The notes: generated by a model not told the origin, from the letters alone. Counted from the first letter of the stretch, positions 48,425 to 59,449 are shown. The stretch: 64,000 nucleotides of DNA from Erwinia sp. (GCF_049696395.1 NZ_JBAVTT010000149.1:2044-66043); one strand, 5' to 3'. Translations and numbers: made by a program.

Positions 48425-48515
48425 ACAGGCATAAGCTGAATGCGATTTACCCAGCTTAGAGGCTTTAAGCCTCGCCACCTCACTCATTCGAATGTCTTGC
48501 GAGGGAAGTAGAAGC

Positions 48516-48743
48516 ATGGAGACGGGTACTGTTAAATGGTTCAATAATGCCAAAGGCTTCGGCTTTATCTGTCCAGTCAGTGGCGGCGAGGATATCTTCG
48601 CGCACTACTCGACCATCAAGATGGATGGATACAGAACGCTGAAAGCCGGGCAGCAAGTCCAGTTTGATGTGCATGAGGGACCGAAGGGCAATCATGCCAG
48701 CCTCATTGTCCCAGTGGAAACGGCAATGGCAGTCAGTGCCTGA
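48516..48743 (+). CDS. cspD: Cold-shock-domain protein CspD (stationary-phase replication inhibitor)
   Basis: The ATG at 48516 (RBS GAGGGAAG) gives METGTVKWFNNAKGFGFICP... ORF-track 48492 is an extension. Confidence 0.95.
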   Translation: METGTVKWFNNAKGFGFICPVSGGEDIFAHYSTIKMDGYRTLKAGQQVQFDVHEGPKGNHASLIVPVETAMAVSA

Positions 48744-48780
48744 CCTTTCCTTACCTCATTCTGAACAACCCTACAGTAAA

Positions 48781-48809
48781 ATGCCAGCCATGCACGCTGG
48801 CATTTTTAT
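48781..48809 (+). terminator. Rho-independent terminator of cspD
   Basis: ATGCCAGC-7 nt-GCTGGCAT followed by TTTTTAT. Confidence 0.8.
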
Positions 48810-48870
48810 GAGCGACTTCTGGCAATACCTTTAAGATTGGGCTGCTCCCGCCCTTTTCAAGGGAACGATT

Positions 48871-50547
48871 TCAGAATTCATCCCCTTTCCCTCTTGCCAG
48901 CCATTGCACCGTGGCAAACATCTCTCTCAGAACAGGTGGCACCGAGGCTACACCACGTTCGGCGGCTTCCGTTGCCACAGCTATCGCCAGATCAGGTTTC
49001 GACGAATGCTGAATCGCTTTGCTGATAATCCGCCGCACAGACATCGGCACGTTCGCTGGCAGGTGAGCACTACGATGATAAACTTCTGAAAATCCCTGCT
49101 TATACAGGAAATGCTCCATATCCAGTGCGGGTAACTCGGTCAGGTGGTGATGTTCATGCTGGCGATGCTCGTGCAGTTGGCTTCTGGCCGTTGCTGCATA
49201 CTTCTTCCCTGCGGGATCGCCATCGGTCAGCACATGCCAGGCGATTCCCATTCTTTGGGCAAATTTTAGCAGCGGACGCAGACCAGACTGGGCGAACTCA
49301 ATCACTTTGATCCCTTCAGCGGCAAAATGAAATCCGCACTGTTGCGCCAGTTCGTTCATCACCCAAACCTCTGTCTCCCCTTCCACCAGCAGCCAGCAGC
49401 GGGCAAAAAGTGAAGAAGGCCGGTTAAAACGGATATGAAAAGCGATCCGGCGGCTCTCCTCGGCGTTCATACCTGAAGGGCCAAGTCGCCAGGCAACCAC
49501 TTTGCGGTCTTCTCGTACCAAACGACAAACCGCTTCTACGGGAACTTGTGACAGCAGATCGCCGGAATTGGTGGTGGTAATTTTTTGCAGCGGCAGCAGC
49601 GCAAGCAAACCCCAGGCCACCGCCAGCATGATCGGGTGCAGTCGTGTTTCCGGGTCTTCAATCAGCAGCAGAGGACGGGCAAGGGGATCGAGCTGATAAG
49701 CACCTTTCGCCTGCACCAGCAGCGAAAACATCCGCAGCAGGATCAACTGCCGGCTACGATTATCCGCTTCAGCCACCACATGCTTCAGGCTATCCAACGC
49801 GCGCCATCCCTGGCGAGTGTGGCGCTGTTGCGGCGTCATTCTGCCTCGCGGAAGCGAATCCGTTGCCGGTTGCAGAGCAAAATAGTGCTCCAAAAGCTGC
49901 TGCAGCGTCAGCAAGCCCTGTTTTATCGCCTCATCAGTAAGGCTCTCAGGACGCGAAACCAGATTGCGAGTCAGCGTATCAATTTGCCCGGCAAGTGAGC
50001 CCAGCGACTCTCCTGACGTGCTGTCAGCCGCTGATTGACGTAGCCGACGAGTAAAGCGGGCATCGCGCAGGCGCAATACAGGATGGAAGCGAATTAATTG
50101 CGCGACCAAAGCATTCACCTCGGCTTCCGACAGATTTTCAGCCTGTCCGGTGACAAACTGGCGCCTGGTCACCACGCTACGGTCGGGCTTCAACTCGGCT
50201 TCCACTCTGTAAATCAAATGCCTGAGGTTATCGTTGCCGTCCTGCCAGACAGGAGAGAAAATCGCCAACTGCGTGGCTCTCAGGGCTTCGCCTGTCTCAC
50301 TTTCCTGGAAGGTAAACTGGACAGACAACTGTTGCTGCCGTTCCTCCTGTTCACCCGGCGGATAATAGAAATCCTGCTCGGAAAATTGATAGTGAGGCTC
50401 CTCAGGGGACAGCAGCAGCGTCAGCGCATCAAGCAGGCTGGACTTGCCCCAGGCATTTTCACCAATGAGCACGTTTCCCCGCTCAAGAGGCAGCGAGAGA
50501 TGGCTGATGCCACGGAAACCAGTGAGGGTTATATGCGCAAGGATCAT
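48871..50547 (-). CDS. ybjD: OLD-family ATP-dependent endonuclease YbjD (ABC-type ATPase plus Toprim)
   Basis: 558 aa. Walker A-like GENAWGKSSLLDAL, Walker B LLLIEDPETRLHP, Toprim glutamate LLVEGETEVWVM and DxD HVLTDGDPAGKKY. Colinear with E. coli YbjD. Confidence 0.9.
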   Translation of the reverse strand: MILAHITLTGFRGISHLSLPLERGNVLIGENAWGKSSLLDALTLLLSPEEPHYQFSEQDFYYPPGEQEERQQQLSVQFTFQESETGEALRATQLAIFSPVWQDGNDNLRHLIYRVEAELKPDRSVVTRRQFVTGQAENLSEAEVNALVAQLIRFHPVLRLRDARFTRRLRQSAADSTSGESLGSLAGQIDTLTRNLVSRPESLTDEAIKQGLLTLQQLLEHYFALQPATDSLPRGRMTPQQRHTRQGWRALDSLKHVVAEADNRSRQLILLRMFSLLVQAKGAYQLDPLARPLLLIEDPETRLHPIMLAVAWGLLALLPLQKITTTNSGDLLSQVPVEAVCRLVREDRKVVAWRLGPSGMNAEESRRIAFHIRFNRPSSLFARCWLLVEGETEVWVMNELAQQCGFHFAAEGIKVIEFAQSGLRPLLKFAQRMGIAWHVLTDGDPAGKKYAATARSQLHEHRQHEHHHLTELPALDMEHFLYKQGFSEVYHRSAHLPANVPMSVRRIISKAIQHSSKPDLAIAVATEAAERGVASVPPVLREMFATVQWLARGKGDEF

Positions 50548-50683
50548 CTTCTTTTCCCTTTGTTTTTATTGAGAATGGTTGCCATAACGCCACGGGTCAA
50601 GGTGCAGGCTGGAACTTTGCTTTACTCTCTAAAGAATTTTCGCTAGCTTGACGCGACAAATTCTCCCAAGGACGACCTGCCCC

Positions 50684-51583
50684 ATGTATTCAGGCTTGCT
50701 GATCATTCTTCTGCCTTTGATCCTCGGCTACATTCTGCCGACCAAAAACGTTTCCTTGCTGCGACTGGTGAACAAGCTTCTCAGCTGGATGGTCTACGTC
50801 ATCCTGTTTTTTATGGGGATCAGTCTGGCCTTCCTGGACGACCTGAGCAGCAACCTGGTCTCTATTTTCCATTACTGCGCGGTAAGTGCGGTCTGCATCC
50901 TGATCTGTAATTTGCTGGCATTGCGGTTGTTAGAGTCTCGCCGTCCGTGGACGCACACGCACCGCCAGGAAGCCCTTCCTTCCCGTCTGCATATGGCGCT
51001 GGAATCGTTGAAGTTGTGCGGTGTGGTGGTGGTTGGATTTCTGCTGGGTTTGAGTCACTGGGCGCCACTGAAGTTTGCCTCACTGGCCAGTGAATACGCG
51101 TTGCTGTTCTTGCTGTTCCTGGTGGGATTACAGCTGCGCGGGAGCGGGATGACGCTGCGTCAAATCATCCTGAATCGCCGTGGCCTGATGGTAGCGATGG
51201 TGGTGTTCCTAAGCGCCATGGTCGGAGGCGTGCTGACGGCATTAGCGCTTGGCCTGCCGCTAAAAACAGGAATGGCGATGGCCTCTGGCTTCGGCTGGTA
51301 CTCGCTGTCCGGCATTCTGATGACGGAATCCTTTGGCCCTGTCATCGGTAGCGCCGCCTTCTTTAACGATCTGTTGCGCGAACTGCTGGCGATCATGCTG
51401 ATCCCGGCGCTGATCTCCCGCCACCGCTCCAGCGCCCTCGGGCTTTGTGGCGCAACCTCGATGGATTTCACCCTGCCAGTGCTGCAACGCAGCGGCGGAA
51501 CGGAGATTGTGCCAGCCGCTATTGTTCATGGTTTTCTCCTCAGCCTGTTCGCGCCGATCCTGATCGCTTTGTTCTCCTCCTGA
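50684..51583 (+). CDS. lysO: Lysine exporter LysO (YbjE)
   Basis: The ATG at 50684 gives MYSGLLIILLPLILGYILP..., 299 aa as in E. coli. ORF-track 50648 is a TTG extension. Confidence 0.9.
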   Translation: MYSGLLIILLPLILGYILPTKNVSLLRLVNKLLSWMVYVILFFMGISLAFLDDLSSNLVSIFHYCAVSAVCILICNLLALRLLESRRPWTHTHRQEALPSRLHMALESLKLCGVVVVGFLLGLSHWAPLKFASLASEYALLFLLFLVGLQLRGSGMTLRQIILNRRGLMVAMVVFLSAMVGGVLTALALGLPLKTGMAMASGFGWYSLSGILMTESFGPVIGSAAFFNDLLRELLAIMLIPALISRHRSSALGLCGATSMDFTLPVLQRSGGTEIVPAAIVHGFLLSLFAPILIALFSS

Positions 51584-51715
51584 GCCTCCTGACTCTCTGG
51601 CAGCCTGCGGGCTGCCGTAAACCGCACGTTTGACCACCGCCCTTTCCCTGACAACCTCCCGGCTTCGTCTATGCTTTAGTCTGACTAATTTGAGATAAGC
51701 CAAACGGAGAAAGGC

Positions 51716-53437
51716 ATGAAACAGACCGTAGCCGCCCTGGTGGCGAAAACGTTAGAAAGCGCCGGGGTAAAACGTATCTGGGGAGTCACCGGTGACTCCC
51801 TGAACGGGCTGAGTGACAGCCTGAACAAAATGGGCACCATCGAATGGATGCCTACCCGCCATGAAGAAGTCGCCGCTTTTGCTGCCGGTGCCGAAGCGCA
51901 AATCAGCGGTGAACTGGCTGTCTGTGCGGGCTCCTGTGGTCCCGGTAACCTGCATCTGATCAACGGTTTATTCGACTGTCATCGCAACCGCGTCCCGGTG
52001 TTAGCGATTGCCGCACACATCCCTTCCAGTGAAATAGGCAGTGGCTATTTCCAGGAAACCCATCCGCAGGAACTGTTCCGCGAATGCAGCCACTACTGCG
52101 AACTGGTCTCCAACCCGGAGCAATTGCCGCAGGTGCTGGGCATTGCGATGCGTAAAGCCATTCTCAATCGTGGCGTTTCTGTGGTGGTGCTGCCTGGTGA
52201 TGTCGCCCTGAAACTGGCGCCTGAAGGTGCAACGGCGAACTGGTATCCTCCTCAGTTGCCTGTGGTGCAGCCTCAAGCCAGCGAGATGGCCAAACTGGCA
52301 GAATTACTTAACGACTCACGTAACATTACCCTGATGTGCGGCAGTGGTTGTGCTGGCGCGCACGCGGAGGTGGTGAAGCTTGCAGAGACGCTGAAAGCGC
52401 CAATTGTGCACGCTCTGCGCGGCAAAGAGCACGTGGAATACGACAATCCTTATGACGTCGGCATGACCGGGCTAATCGGCTTCTCGTCCGGCTTCCACGC
52501 GATGATGAACGCAGAGACGTTAGTGCTGCTTGGCACGCAGTTCCCTTACCGGGCGTTCTATCCTGCCGAGGCGAAAATCATTCAGATTGATATCAATCCA
52601 GGCAGCATTGGTTCGCACAGTCACGTTGATATGGCGTTGATTGGCGACATCAAAACGACCCTGACAGCGCTGTTGCCTCAGCTGGACGTGAAGACGGATC
52701 GCGACTTCCTGGACAAAGCGCTGGAGCACTACGTCGATGCCCGCAAAGAGCTGGATAATCTGGCCACCGCCAATGATAAACAGGCCATCCATCCCCAATA
52801 TGTGGCCCAACAGTTAAGTCACTTTGCTGATGAAGATGCCATTTTCACCTGCGACGTGGGAACGCCGACAGTCTGGGCAGCCCGTTACCTGAAGATGAAC
52901 GGCAAACGCCGGCTGATTGGCTCTTTCAATCATGGATCGATGGCGAATGCCATGCCGCAGGCCCTGGGTGCTCAGTCGCTCGATAAGCAGCGCCAGGTGA
53001 TTGCCCTGTGTGGCGATGGCGGCTTCAGCATGCTGATGGGAGATTTCCTCTCGGTTGCTCAACTGAAACTGCCGGTGAAGCTGGTGATTTTCAACAACAG
53101 TGTGCTGGGCTTTGTGGCGATGGAAATGAAAGCGGGCGGTTACCTGACTGACGGCACCGATCTGGAAAATCCGAATTTTGCGGACATTGCCACCGCCTGT
53201 GGCGTGAAGGGGATCCGGGTGGAGCGAGCTTCCGATCTCGATGCAGCGCTTCAGGAAGCACTGGCTCATGACGGCCCGGTGCTGGTTGACGTGGTGACCG
53301 CCAAAGATGAACTGGCGATGCCGCCACAAATCAAGCTGGAGCAGGCGAAAGGCTTCAGTCTGTATATGCTCAGAGCGGTGATCAATGGGCGTGGCGATGA
53401 AGTGGTTGAACTGGCAAAAACCAACTGGCTGCGGTAA
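51716..53437 (+). CDS. poxB: Pyruvate dehydrogenase (ubiquinone) / pyruvate oxidase
   Basis: 573 aa, [32 protein letters not shown]..., ThDP motif GDGGFSML...NN. Confidence 0.96.
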   Translation: MKQTVAALVAKTLESAGVKRIWGVTGDSLNGLSDSLNKMGTIEWMPTRHEEVAAFAAGAEAQISGELAVCAGSCGPGNLHLINGLFDCHRNRVPVLAIAAHIPSSEIGSGYFQETHPQELFRECSHYCELVSNPEQLPQVLGIAMRKAILNRGVSVVVLPGDVALKLAPEGATANWYPPQLPVVQPQASEMAKLAELLNDSRNITLMCGSGCAGAHAEVVKLAETLKAPIVHALRGKEHVEYDNPYDVGMTGLIGFSSGFHAMMNAETLVLLGTQFPYRAFYPAEAKIIQIDINPGSIGSHSHVDMALIGDIKTTLTALLPQLDVKTDRDFLDKALEHYVDARKELDNLATANDKQAIHPQYVAQQLSHFADEDAIFTCDVGTPTVWAARYLKMNGKRRLIGSFNHGSMANAMPQALGAQSLDKQRQVIALCGDGGFSMLMGDFLSVAQLKLPVKLVIFNNSVLGFVAMEMKAGGYLTDGTDLENPNFADIATACGVKGIRVERASDLDAALQEALAHDGPVLVDVVTAKDELAMPPQIKLEQAKGFSLYMLRAVINGRGDEVVELAKTNWLR

Positions 53438-53458
53438 AACATTGACAGGTCTTTTTTT

Positions 53459-53483
53459 ACGGACGCTACGGCGTCCGTTTTCA
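53459..53483 (+). terminator. Rho-independent terminator of poxB
   Basis: CGGACGC-tacg-GCGTCCG followed by TTTTC. Confidence 0.7.
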
Positions 53484-53499
53484 TTAGAGGAGCTCAGGT

Positions 53500-54501
53500 G
53501 TGATTGATTTACGCAGTGATACGGTGACTCGCCCCAGCCAGGCGATGCTTTCCGCGATGATGACCGCAGAAACCGGGGATGATGTTTACGGCGATGACCC
53601 CACGGTCAATGCACTTGAAGCTAAAGCCAGCCAGTTAACCGGCAAAGAGGCCGCCCTCTTTTTACCGACCGGCACTCAGGCTAACCTGATTGCGCTGCTG
53701 TGCCATTGTCAGCGCGGGGAAGAGTACATTGTGGGTCAGCTGGCCCATAACTATAAGTACGAAGCTGGCGGCGCTGCCGTGTTAGGGAGCATTCAGCCGC
53801 AACCTATTCTGGCCGCCTCTGACGGCACGCTGCCGCTGGATGTGGTGGCTCAGTTTATCAAGCCTGACGATTTCCACTTTGCCGTCACCAAACTGCTGAG
53901 CCTCGAGAACACCCACAACGGCAAAGTCCTGCCGATGTCCTATCTGAAAGACGCCTGGGAATTTACCCGCCAGCATAAACTTGCTCTGCATGTCGACGGC
54001 GCGCGTCTTTTCAATGCCAGCGTGGAACTCGGTGTAGAGCTGGAAGCGCTAACCCGTTATTGCGACACGCTGACCCTCTGCCTGTCAAAAGGACTGGGAA
54101 CGCCGGTAGGTTCACTGTTGTGCGGCAGCGCTGAGTACATTCAACGTGCCCGTCGCTGGCGTAAAATGACCGGCGGCGCAATGCGTCAGTCCGGCATTCT
54201 GGCGGCGGCGGGATTATATGCGCTGGAGCACAATGTCGCCCGTCTGAAAGACGACCACGACAATGCGGCCTGGCTGGCAGAGCAGTTAAAATCGATTGGC
54301 GTGGAGGTTTCCCGTCAGGACACCAATATGGTGTTTGTGCGGCTGCCAGAAGCGCAGATTACGCCGCTGAAAGTCTGGATGAAGCAGCAGGATATCCTGA
54401 TCAGCACCGGTGCCGTAACGCGTCTGGTAACGCATCTGGATATCGATCGTCACGCGCTGGAAACCCTCGTCGCTCAGTGGAAGGCGTTCCTCGCTGCTTA
54501 A
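53500..54501 (+). CDS. ltaE: Low-specificity L-threonine aldolase
   Basis: 333 aa with GTG start and RBS GAGGAG. MIDLRSDTVTRPSQAMLSAMM... is colinear with E. coli LtaE. Confidence 0.95.
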   Translation: MIDLRSDTVTRPSQAMLSAMMTAETGDDVYGDDPTVNALEAKASQLTGKEAALFLPTGTQANLIALLCHCQRGEEYIVGQLAHNYKYEAGGAAVLGSIQPQPILAASDGTLPLDVVAQFIKPDDFHFAVTKLLSLENTHNGKVLPMSYLKDAWEFTRQHKLALHVDGARLFNASVELGVELEALTRYCDTLTLCLSKGLGTPVGSLLCGSAEYIQRARRWRKMTGGAMRQSGILAAAGLYALEHNVARLKDDHDNAAWLAEQLKSIGVEVSRQDTNMVFVRLPEAQITPLKVWMKQQDILISTGAVTRLVTHLDIDRHALETLVAQWKAFLAA

Positions 54502-54509
54502 CAGCCCAG

Positions 54510-54543
54510 AGCCAAACCCCTCCCTTGAGGTTTGGCTTTTTCT
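54510..54543. terminator. Terminator between convergent ltaE and amiD
   Basis: AGCCAAACC-10 nt-GGTTTGGCT followed by TTTTTC on the plus strand. Confidence 0.7.
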
Positions 54544-54555
54544 CCTCGAAGCCCC

Positions 54556-55383
54556 TTAACCTGCACCGTACTTCTCAAGCAAAGCCCTCACCGTAGCTTC
54601 CGTTTCCGCATCAGGCAGACCCAGATAGTTTGCAGAGCGGAAATGCATCTGAAAAGCCGCAATCACATTGCGCTGTTCGGCTGGGGTCATCTCTGGACTG
54701 GCCTGATAGCCATAAAGGGAGAGTAGCGTCAGCAAATGGGGCTGACTTACCAGCTCTTCAGGCGGTCTGCCTGCCAGATAAAAACGCACTCGTCCGGCAT
54801 CCGGCCATGCGCCAACCCCTTGCTCTGCCAGCCATTTCCAGGGAAATAGCGGCCCCGGATCTACTTTACGCTGCGGGGCAATATCACTGTGCCCAACCAC
54901 ATCCTGTGGCCGGATGGCATATCGTCGCACGATGTCCTTTGTCAGCGGCAGCAGCGCCGCAATCTGTGGCTGAGAAAAGGGAAACCAAATCCGTCCACCG
55001 GACGTCTGCTTGTAACCCTGATTCTCGAGTTCGATACCGACAGAAGTGTCATTCAACCTTGACGCTCCCCGCCAGAAGCTGGGACCCGCATGCCAGGCAA
55101 GCTCAGTTTCCGGCACCAGACGGAACACCACCGGCTGATGCTCTCTTTTACGCGGTTTAGCCGGGATCAGGTAATGCGCACTCACATCGAGATCGGTCAG
55201 GGTAGCCAGCGAGCTGGGGAAGTCTCCCGCGGTGTAGTGGATCACCAGCACTTTAATGCGCGGACGCGCGCCATAAGCAGGATGGCTGGTATCAACGGTA
55301 TAACCCGGATGAGGCTCATACTCTGATGAACCGCAGGCACTTAGCAGCAGCGTAGCCACTGCCAATATCAACAGCCTCATCAC
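54556..55383 (-). CDS. amiD: N-acetylmuramoyl-L-alanine amidase AmiD (outer-membrane lipoprotein)
   Basis: 275 aa with lipobox LLLSAC. The amidase_2 region ...VIHYTAGDF...ELENQG... is colinear with E. coli AmiD. Confidence 0.92.
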   Translation of the reverse strand: MMRLLILAVATLLLSACGSSEYEPHPGYTVDTSHPAYGARPRIKVLVIHYTAGDFPSSLATLTDLDVSAHYLIPAKPRKREHQPVVFRLVPETELAWHAGPSFWRGASRLNDTSVGIELENQGYKQTSGGRIWFPFSQPQIAALLPLTKDIVRRYAIRPQDVVGHSDIAPQRKVDPGPLFPWKWLAEQGVGAWPDAGRVRFYLAGRPPEELVSQPHLLTLLSLYGYQASPEMTPAEQRNVIAAFQMHFRSANYLGLPDAETEATVRALLEKYGAG

Positions 55384-55703
55384 TGACTGATTTTAACTGC
55401 GGTGCCGCTTACGCTGACCATCAACATGCTGCTGTCTTTGCCCACCGTTTCATAATCGATATCAATCCCTACCACGGCATTGGCGCCCAGCGCTTTGGCC
55501 TGTTCTTCCAACTCGGCAAAGGCAATCTGCCGGGCTTTCCGCAACTCTTTCTCATAGGCACCTGAACGGCCACCGACGATATCGCGGATACCGGCAAAGA
55601 AATCGCGGAAAATATTAGCCCCTAAAATGGCTTCGCCGGTGACCACGCCGCAATAATCAGTGATGCGGTGACCTTCAAGCGTAGGGGTAGTTGAAAATTT
55701 CAT
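55380..55703 (-). CDS. ybjQ: UPF0145 protein YbjQ
   Basis: 107 aa, [55 protein letters not shown]... Confidence 0.93.
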   Translation of the reverse strand: MKFSTTPTLEGHRITDYCGVVTGEAILGANIFRDFFAGIRDIVGGRSGAYEKELRKARQIAFAELEEQAKALGANAVVGIDIDYETVGKDSSMLMVSVSGTAVKISQ

Positions 55704-55810
55704 TAAAAGCTCTCCATTTGCTGTTCTTTCCGAGTGTAGCCCTTCTGGTTAAGCAGAGCGGCTATACTCTATGCTAAAAACCGTCATCCAGAAACAATAA
55801 GGAAATCAAG

Positions 55811-56353
55811 ATGAAATACCAAGCGATTGCTGCACTGGCTCCAATGGCGCTGCTCCTGAGTGCCTGTACCACGGTACAACCCGCGTATAAGGACATCGGT
55901 ACACGTATGGGGCCTTGCGTAGATGGCGGCCCGGATTCTGTGGCTCAGCAGTTTTATGATTTACGCCTGAAAGAGCCTACTCAGGGTATGCCGACAGCGC
56001 AACAGTTAGCCAAATATCGCCCTTATTTGAGCGATAAACTGTACAACACGCTGCTGAAAGCCAACAGCGAGACCAACCGGGATCCTGAATTAAACCAGGG
56101 TGATATCTTCTCAAGTTTGGCGGTTGGACCCACGTCTGCCACCGTGGCGGATTCCTCGACCATTCCGAATACCGATGCACGTAACATTCCATTGCGCGTC
56201 ACGCTGAGCCGTGATGGCAGCAAGCCGGTGCAATGGCAGGATGAAGTGCTGATGGTACGTGAAGGGACGTGCTGGGCAGTCGATGATGTGCGCTACAACA
56301 GCCCGAACCCGCATCTGAAGGGCGGCTCTCTCAGCCAGTTGCTGCTGAAGTAA
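55811..56353 (+). CDS. ybjP: Lipoprotein YbjP (DUF3828)
   Basis: 180 aa with lipobox LLLSAC, and TTVQPAYKDIGTRMGPCVDGGPDSVAQQFYD... as in E. coli YbjP. Confidence 0.85.
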   Translation: MKYQAIAALAPMALLLSACTTVQPAYKDIGTRMGPCVDGGPDSVAQQFYDLRLKEPTQGMPTAQQLAKYRPYLSDKLYNTLLKANSETNRDPELNQGDIFSSLAVGPTSATVADSSTIPNTDARNIPLRVTLSRDGSKPVQWQDEVLMVREGTCWAVDDVRYNSPNPHLKGGSLSQLLLK

Positions 56354-56364
56354 GCACTTATTTT

Positions 56365-56386
56365 CGTGCCATCGCCTGATGGCACG
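56365..56386 (+). terminator. Hairpin after ybjP (weak terminator candidate)
   Basis: CGTGCCATC-gcct-GATGGCACG followed by ATCTCTCTC. There is no clean U-tract. Confidence 0.35.
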
Positions 56387-56556
56387 ATCTCTCTCGCAGT
56401 TCTGATCTCTTCTTACTCAAACTCCCTTACAGCACGCGATCTTGTGCTAGCCTTTTAGTTTACAGCAGGCATAAAGGTATTTTCACGCACGATGATTGCA
56501 TAAGTATGCCGTCAACGTTAAGATTCGCAGCATCAATTGCTATTCACTTTTTGCGC

Positions 56557-57285
56557 ATGAGTATTCAACTAAACGGTATTAACTGCTTTTACGGTGCCCA
56601 TCAGGCACTGTTCGACATTCAACTGGCGTGCCCTGAGGGCGAAACGCTGGTTCTGCTGGGTCCAAGCGGTGCCGGTAAGAGCTCTCTGCTGCGCGTTCTC
56701 AATTTGCTTGAGATGCCGCGTTCCGGCACGTTGAGCATTGCAGGCCATCAAATAGACTTCAGTAAAACCCCGTCAGACGCGGCCATCCGCGAGCTGCGAC
56801 AGAACGTGGGTATGGTCTTTCAGCAGTACAATCTTTGGCCGCACCTGACGGTGATGCAGAACCTGATCGAAGCGCCCTGCCGTGTGCTGGGGCTCAGCAA
56901 AGATCAGGCACATGCCCGCGCCGGGAAATTACTCGATCGCCTGCGTCTGACCAAATTTGCCGATCGTTTTCCTCTGCACCTTTCCGGTGGACAACAGCAG
57001 CGCGTGGCGATCGCCAGAGCGCTGATGATGGAGCCTGCGGTGCTGCTGTTTGATGAACCGACAGCCGCGCTGGACCCGGAGATTACCGCTCAGATCGTCT
57101 CGATTATTCAGGAACTCGCTCAGACCAACATCACTCAGGTTATCGTGACTCACGAAGTGGAAGTGGCGCGTAAAACTGCCAGCCGCGTGGTGTATATGGA
57201 GAACGGGTACGTGGTCGAACAGGGCGATGCCAGCCGCTTTAAACAGCCGCAAACCGACGCGTTTGCCAATTATCTATCGCATTAA
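56557..57285 (+). CDS. artP: Arginine ABC transporter ATP-binding protein
   Basis: The ATG at 56557 gives [21 protein letters not shown]..., 242 aa as in E. coli, with GPSGAGKSS and LSGGQQQR. Confidence 0.96.
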   Translation: MSIQLNGINCFYGAHQALFDIQLACPEGETLVLLGPSGAGKSSLLRVLNLLEMPRSGTLSIAGHQIDFSKTPSDAAIRELRQNVGMVFQQYNLWPHLTVMQNLIEAPCRVLGLSKDQAHARAGKLLDRLRLTKFADRFPLHLSGGQQQRVAIARALMMEPAVLLFDEPTAALDPEITAQIVSIIQELAQTNITQVIVTHEVEVARKTASRVVYMENGYVVEQGDASRFKQPQTDAFANYLSH

Positions 57286-57299
57286 TGCAGGGTATAATG

Positions 57300-58031
57300 A
57301 TGAAAAAAGTCGTACTTGCCGCACTGTTAGCGGGTTTAAGCCTGAGCGCGAGCGCCGCGCAGACCATCCGATTTGCTACCGAAGCCTCTTATCCTCCGTT
57401 TGAATTTGTCGATTCCGAAAACAAAATTCAGGGATTTGATGTCGATCTGGCGAACGCACTGTGCCGTGAAATGAACGCCACCTGTACCTTCACCAACCAG
57501 GCTTTCGACAGCCTGATCCCAAGCCTGAAGTTCCGTCGTTTTGACGCGGTGATGGCCGGAATGGACATTACCCCAGAACGTGAAAAACAGGTTTTGTTCT
57601 CCAAAGCTTACTATGACAACTCTGCGCTGTTTATTGCTCAGAAAGGCAAAGTCGCCTCTCTTGATGCGCTGAAAGGCAAACGTGTTGGCGTGCAGAACGG
57701 CACCACCCACCAGAAATACCTGATGGAAAAAATGACCGGCGTAAATGCGGTTCCTTACGACAGCTATCAGAACGCGATTCTGGACCTGAAAAATGGCCGC
57801 ATCGATGCGGTATTCGGTGACACTGCCGTGGTAAACGAATGGCTGAAGCAGAATGCAAATCTGGCTCCGGTTGGCGAGAAAGTGACGGATAAAGCCTACT
57901 TCGGTACCGGTCTGGGCATCGCTGTGCGTCAGGGTAATGCGGAATTGCAGGGCCAGTTCAACACCGCACTGGATAAAGTGAAGGCTGATGGCACCTACAA
58001 AACCATCTACAGCAAATGGTTCCAGCAGTAA
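57300..58031 (+). CDS. artI: Arginine-binding periplasmic protein ArtI
   Basis: MKKVVLAALLAGLSLSASAAQTIRFATEASYPPFE..., 243 aa. The start is 57297 or 57300 (tandem ATGs). ORF-track 57285 overlaps the artP stop. Confidence 0.92.
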   Translation: MKKVVLAALLAGLSLSASAAQTIRFATEASYPPFEFVDSENKIQGFDVDLANALCREMNATCTFTNQAFDSLIPSLKFRRFDAVMAGMDITPEREKQVLFSKAYYDNSALFIAQKGKVASLDALKGKRVGVQNGTTHQKYLMEKMTGVNAVPYDSYQNAILDLKNGRIDAVFGDTAVVNEWLKQNANLAPVGEKVTDKAYFGTGLGIAVRQGNAELQGQFNTALDKVKADGTYKTIYSKWFQQ

Positions 58032-58038
58032 TTTCTGA

Positions 58039-58755
58039 ATGAATGAACTCTATCCTTTAGCAAGCGCCGCCGGCATGACCGTCGGCCTTGCCGTTTCTGC
58101 ACTGGTCGTTGGGCTGATTCTGGCGATGATTTTCGCTGCCTGGGAATCGGCCCGCTGGCGTCCGGTCGCGTGGCTGGGCACCGGCCTGGTCACGCTGTTT
58201 CGTGGTCTGCCTGAGATCCTGGTAGTGCTGTTTGTCTATTTTGGCGCCTCGCAGCTGCTGCTGACCTTGTCCGATGGTTTTACCATCAATCTGGGCCTCT
58301 TCAGCTTCCCGGTGCAGGTCAATATCCAGAACTTCGACGTCAGCCCGTTTCTCTGCGGGGTGATCGCCCTGTCGATCCTTTACGCCTCATACGCTTCTCA
58401 GACCTTGCGCGGTGCGCTTAAAGCGGTCCCGGTTGGGCAGTGGGAGTCAGGACAGGCGCTCGGGATGAAAACCCCGGCGATCTTCTTCCGTCTGATCCTG
58501 CCGCAGATGTGGCGTCATGCTCTACCAGGCCTGGGTAATCAGTGGCTGGTGCTGCTGAAAGATACCGCGTTGGTGTCGTTAATCAGCGTGAACGACATTA
58601 TGCTGCAGACCAAAAGCATTGCGGCGCGAACTCAGGAGCCGTTCACCTGGTATCTGATGGCGGCAGCCATTTATCTGGTCATTACCTTGTTAAGCCAGCA
58701 AGTGCTGAAGCGTATTGATGCCCGTGCGACCCGTTTTGAGCAGGGGAATACCTGA
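58039..58755 (+). CDS. artQ: Arginine ABC transporter permease ArtQ
   Basis: 238 aa, [19 protein letters not shown]..., colinear with E. coli ArtQ. Confidence 0.95.
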   Translation: MNELYPLASAAGMTVGLAVSALVVGLILAMIFAAWESARWRPVAWLGTGLVTLFRGLPEILVVLFVYFGASQLLLTLSDGFTINLGLFSFPVQVNIQNFDVSPFLCGVIALSILYASYASQTLRGALKAVPVGQWESGQALGMKTPAIFFRLILPQMWRHALPGLGNQWLVLLKDTALVSLISVNDIMLQTKSIAARTQEPFTWYLMAAAIYLVITLLSQQVLKRIDARATRFEQGNT

Positions 58756-59423
58756 TGTTGAGCTATTTACCCGAACTGCTGAAAGGCTTGCACACCAGCC
58801 TGACGCTGACCGTGGCTTCACTGATCCTGGCGCTGGTCTTTGCGCTGATCTTTACGGTTATTTTAGCGCTAAAAGTGCCGGTCTTACGGCTGATCGTCAG
58901 GGGTTATATCACCCTGTTCACCGGAACTCCGCTGCTGGTGCAGATCTTCCTGATCTATTACGGCCCCGGCCAGTTCCCGTCGATTCAGGCCATTCCCTGG
59001 TTGTGGCATTTACTTTCACAGCCCTGGCTCTGCGCACTACTGGCTTTGTCATTGAACAGCGCGGCCTATACCACTCAGCTTTTCTATGGTGCGATGCGCG
59101 CGATCCCTAAAGGTCAGTGGGAGTCTTGCGCAGCGCTGGGCATGAACCGCAAAGAAACGCTGCGGATCTTACTGCCTTATGCCTTCAAGCGCGCCCTCTC
59201 CTCTTACTCCAATGAAGTGGTGCTGGTATTCAAAAGTACGTCACTGGCTTACACCATAACGCTGATGGAAGTGATGGGGCACGGTCAGCTGCTGTATGGT
59301 CGCACGTATGATGTCTCCGTGTTTGCGGCAGCAGGACTGATTTATCTCTGCGTAAACGGTTTACTGACCTTAATGATGCGGATGATCGAACGCCGCGCGT
59401 TGGCCTTTGAACGTAGAAACTGA
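58755..59423 (+). CDS. artM: Arginine ABC transporter permease ArtM
   Basis: 222 aa. TGATG stop/start overlap with artQ. Confidence 0.95.
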   Translation: MLSYLPELLKGLHTSLTLTVASLILALVFALIFTVILALKVPVLRLIVRGYITLFTGTPLLVQIFLIYYGPGQFPSIQAIPWLWHLLSQPWLCALLALSLNSAAYTTQLFYGAMRAIPKGQWESCAALGMNRKETLRILLPYAFKRALSSYSNEVVLVFKSTSLAYTITLMEVMGHGQLLYGRTYDVSVFAAAGLIYLCVNGLLTLMMRMIERRALAFERRN

Positions 59424-59426
59424 TCA

Positions 59427-59449
59427 ATACCGGTGCTGGTCACCGGTAT
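59427..59449 (+). terminator. Hairpin after artM (weak terminator candidate)
   Basis: ATACCGGTG-ctggt-CACCGGTAT, with no U-tract. Confidence 0.3.

Noticed and set aside
52525-52545. Other TGGCAC occurrences as sigma-54 promoters (also about 8381, about 30915 minus strand, about 56381)
   Set aside because: Each lacks a GC dinucleotide at the correct -12 spacing and/or lies inside a coding region. Only 61037-61052 fits.
56440-56556. ArgR ARG boxes upstream of artP
   Set aside because: The best candidates (around TGCATAAGTATGCC) match only about 7/10 of TGAAT-N4-ATTCA and are not arranged as a clear tandem pair. I could not support a call by eye.
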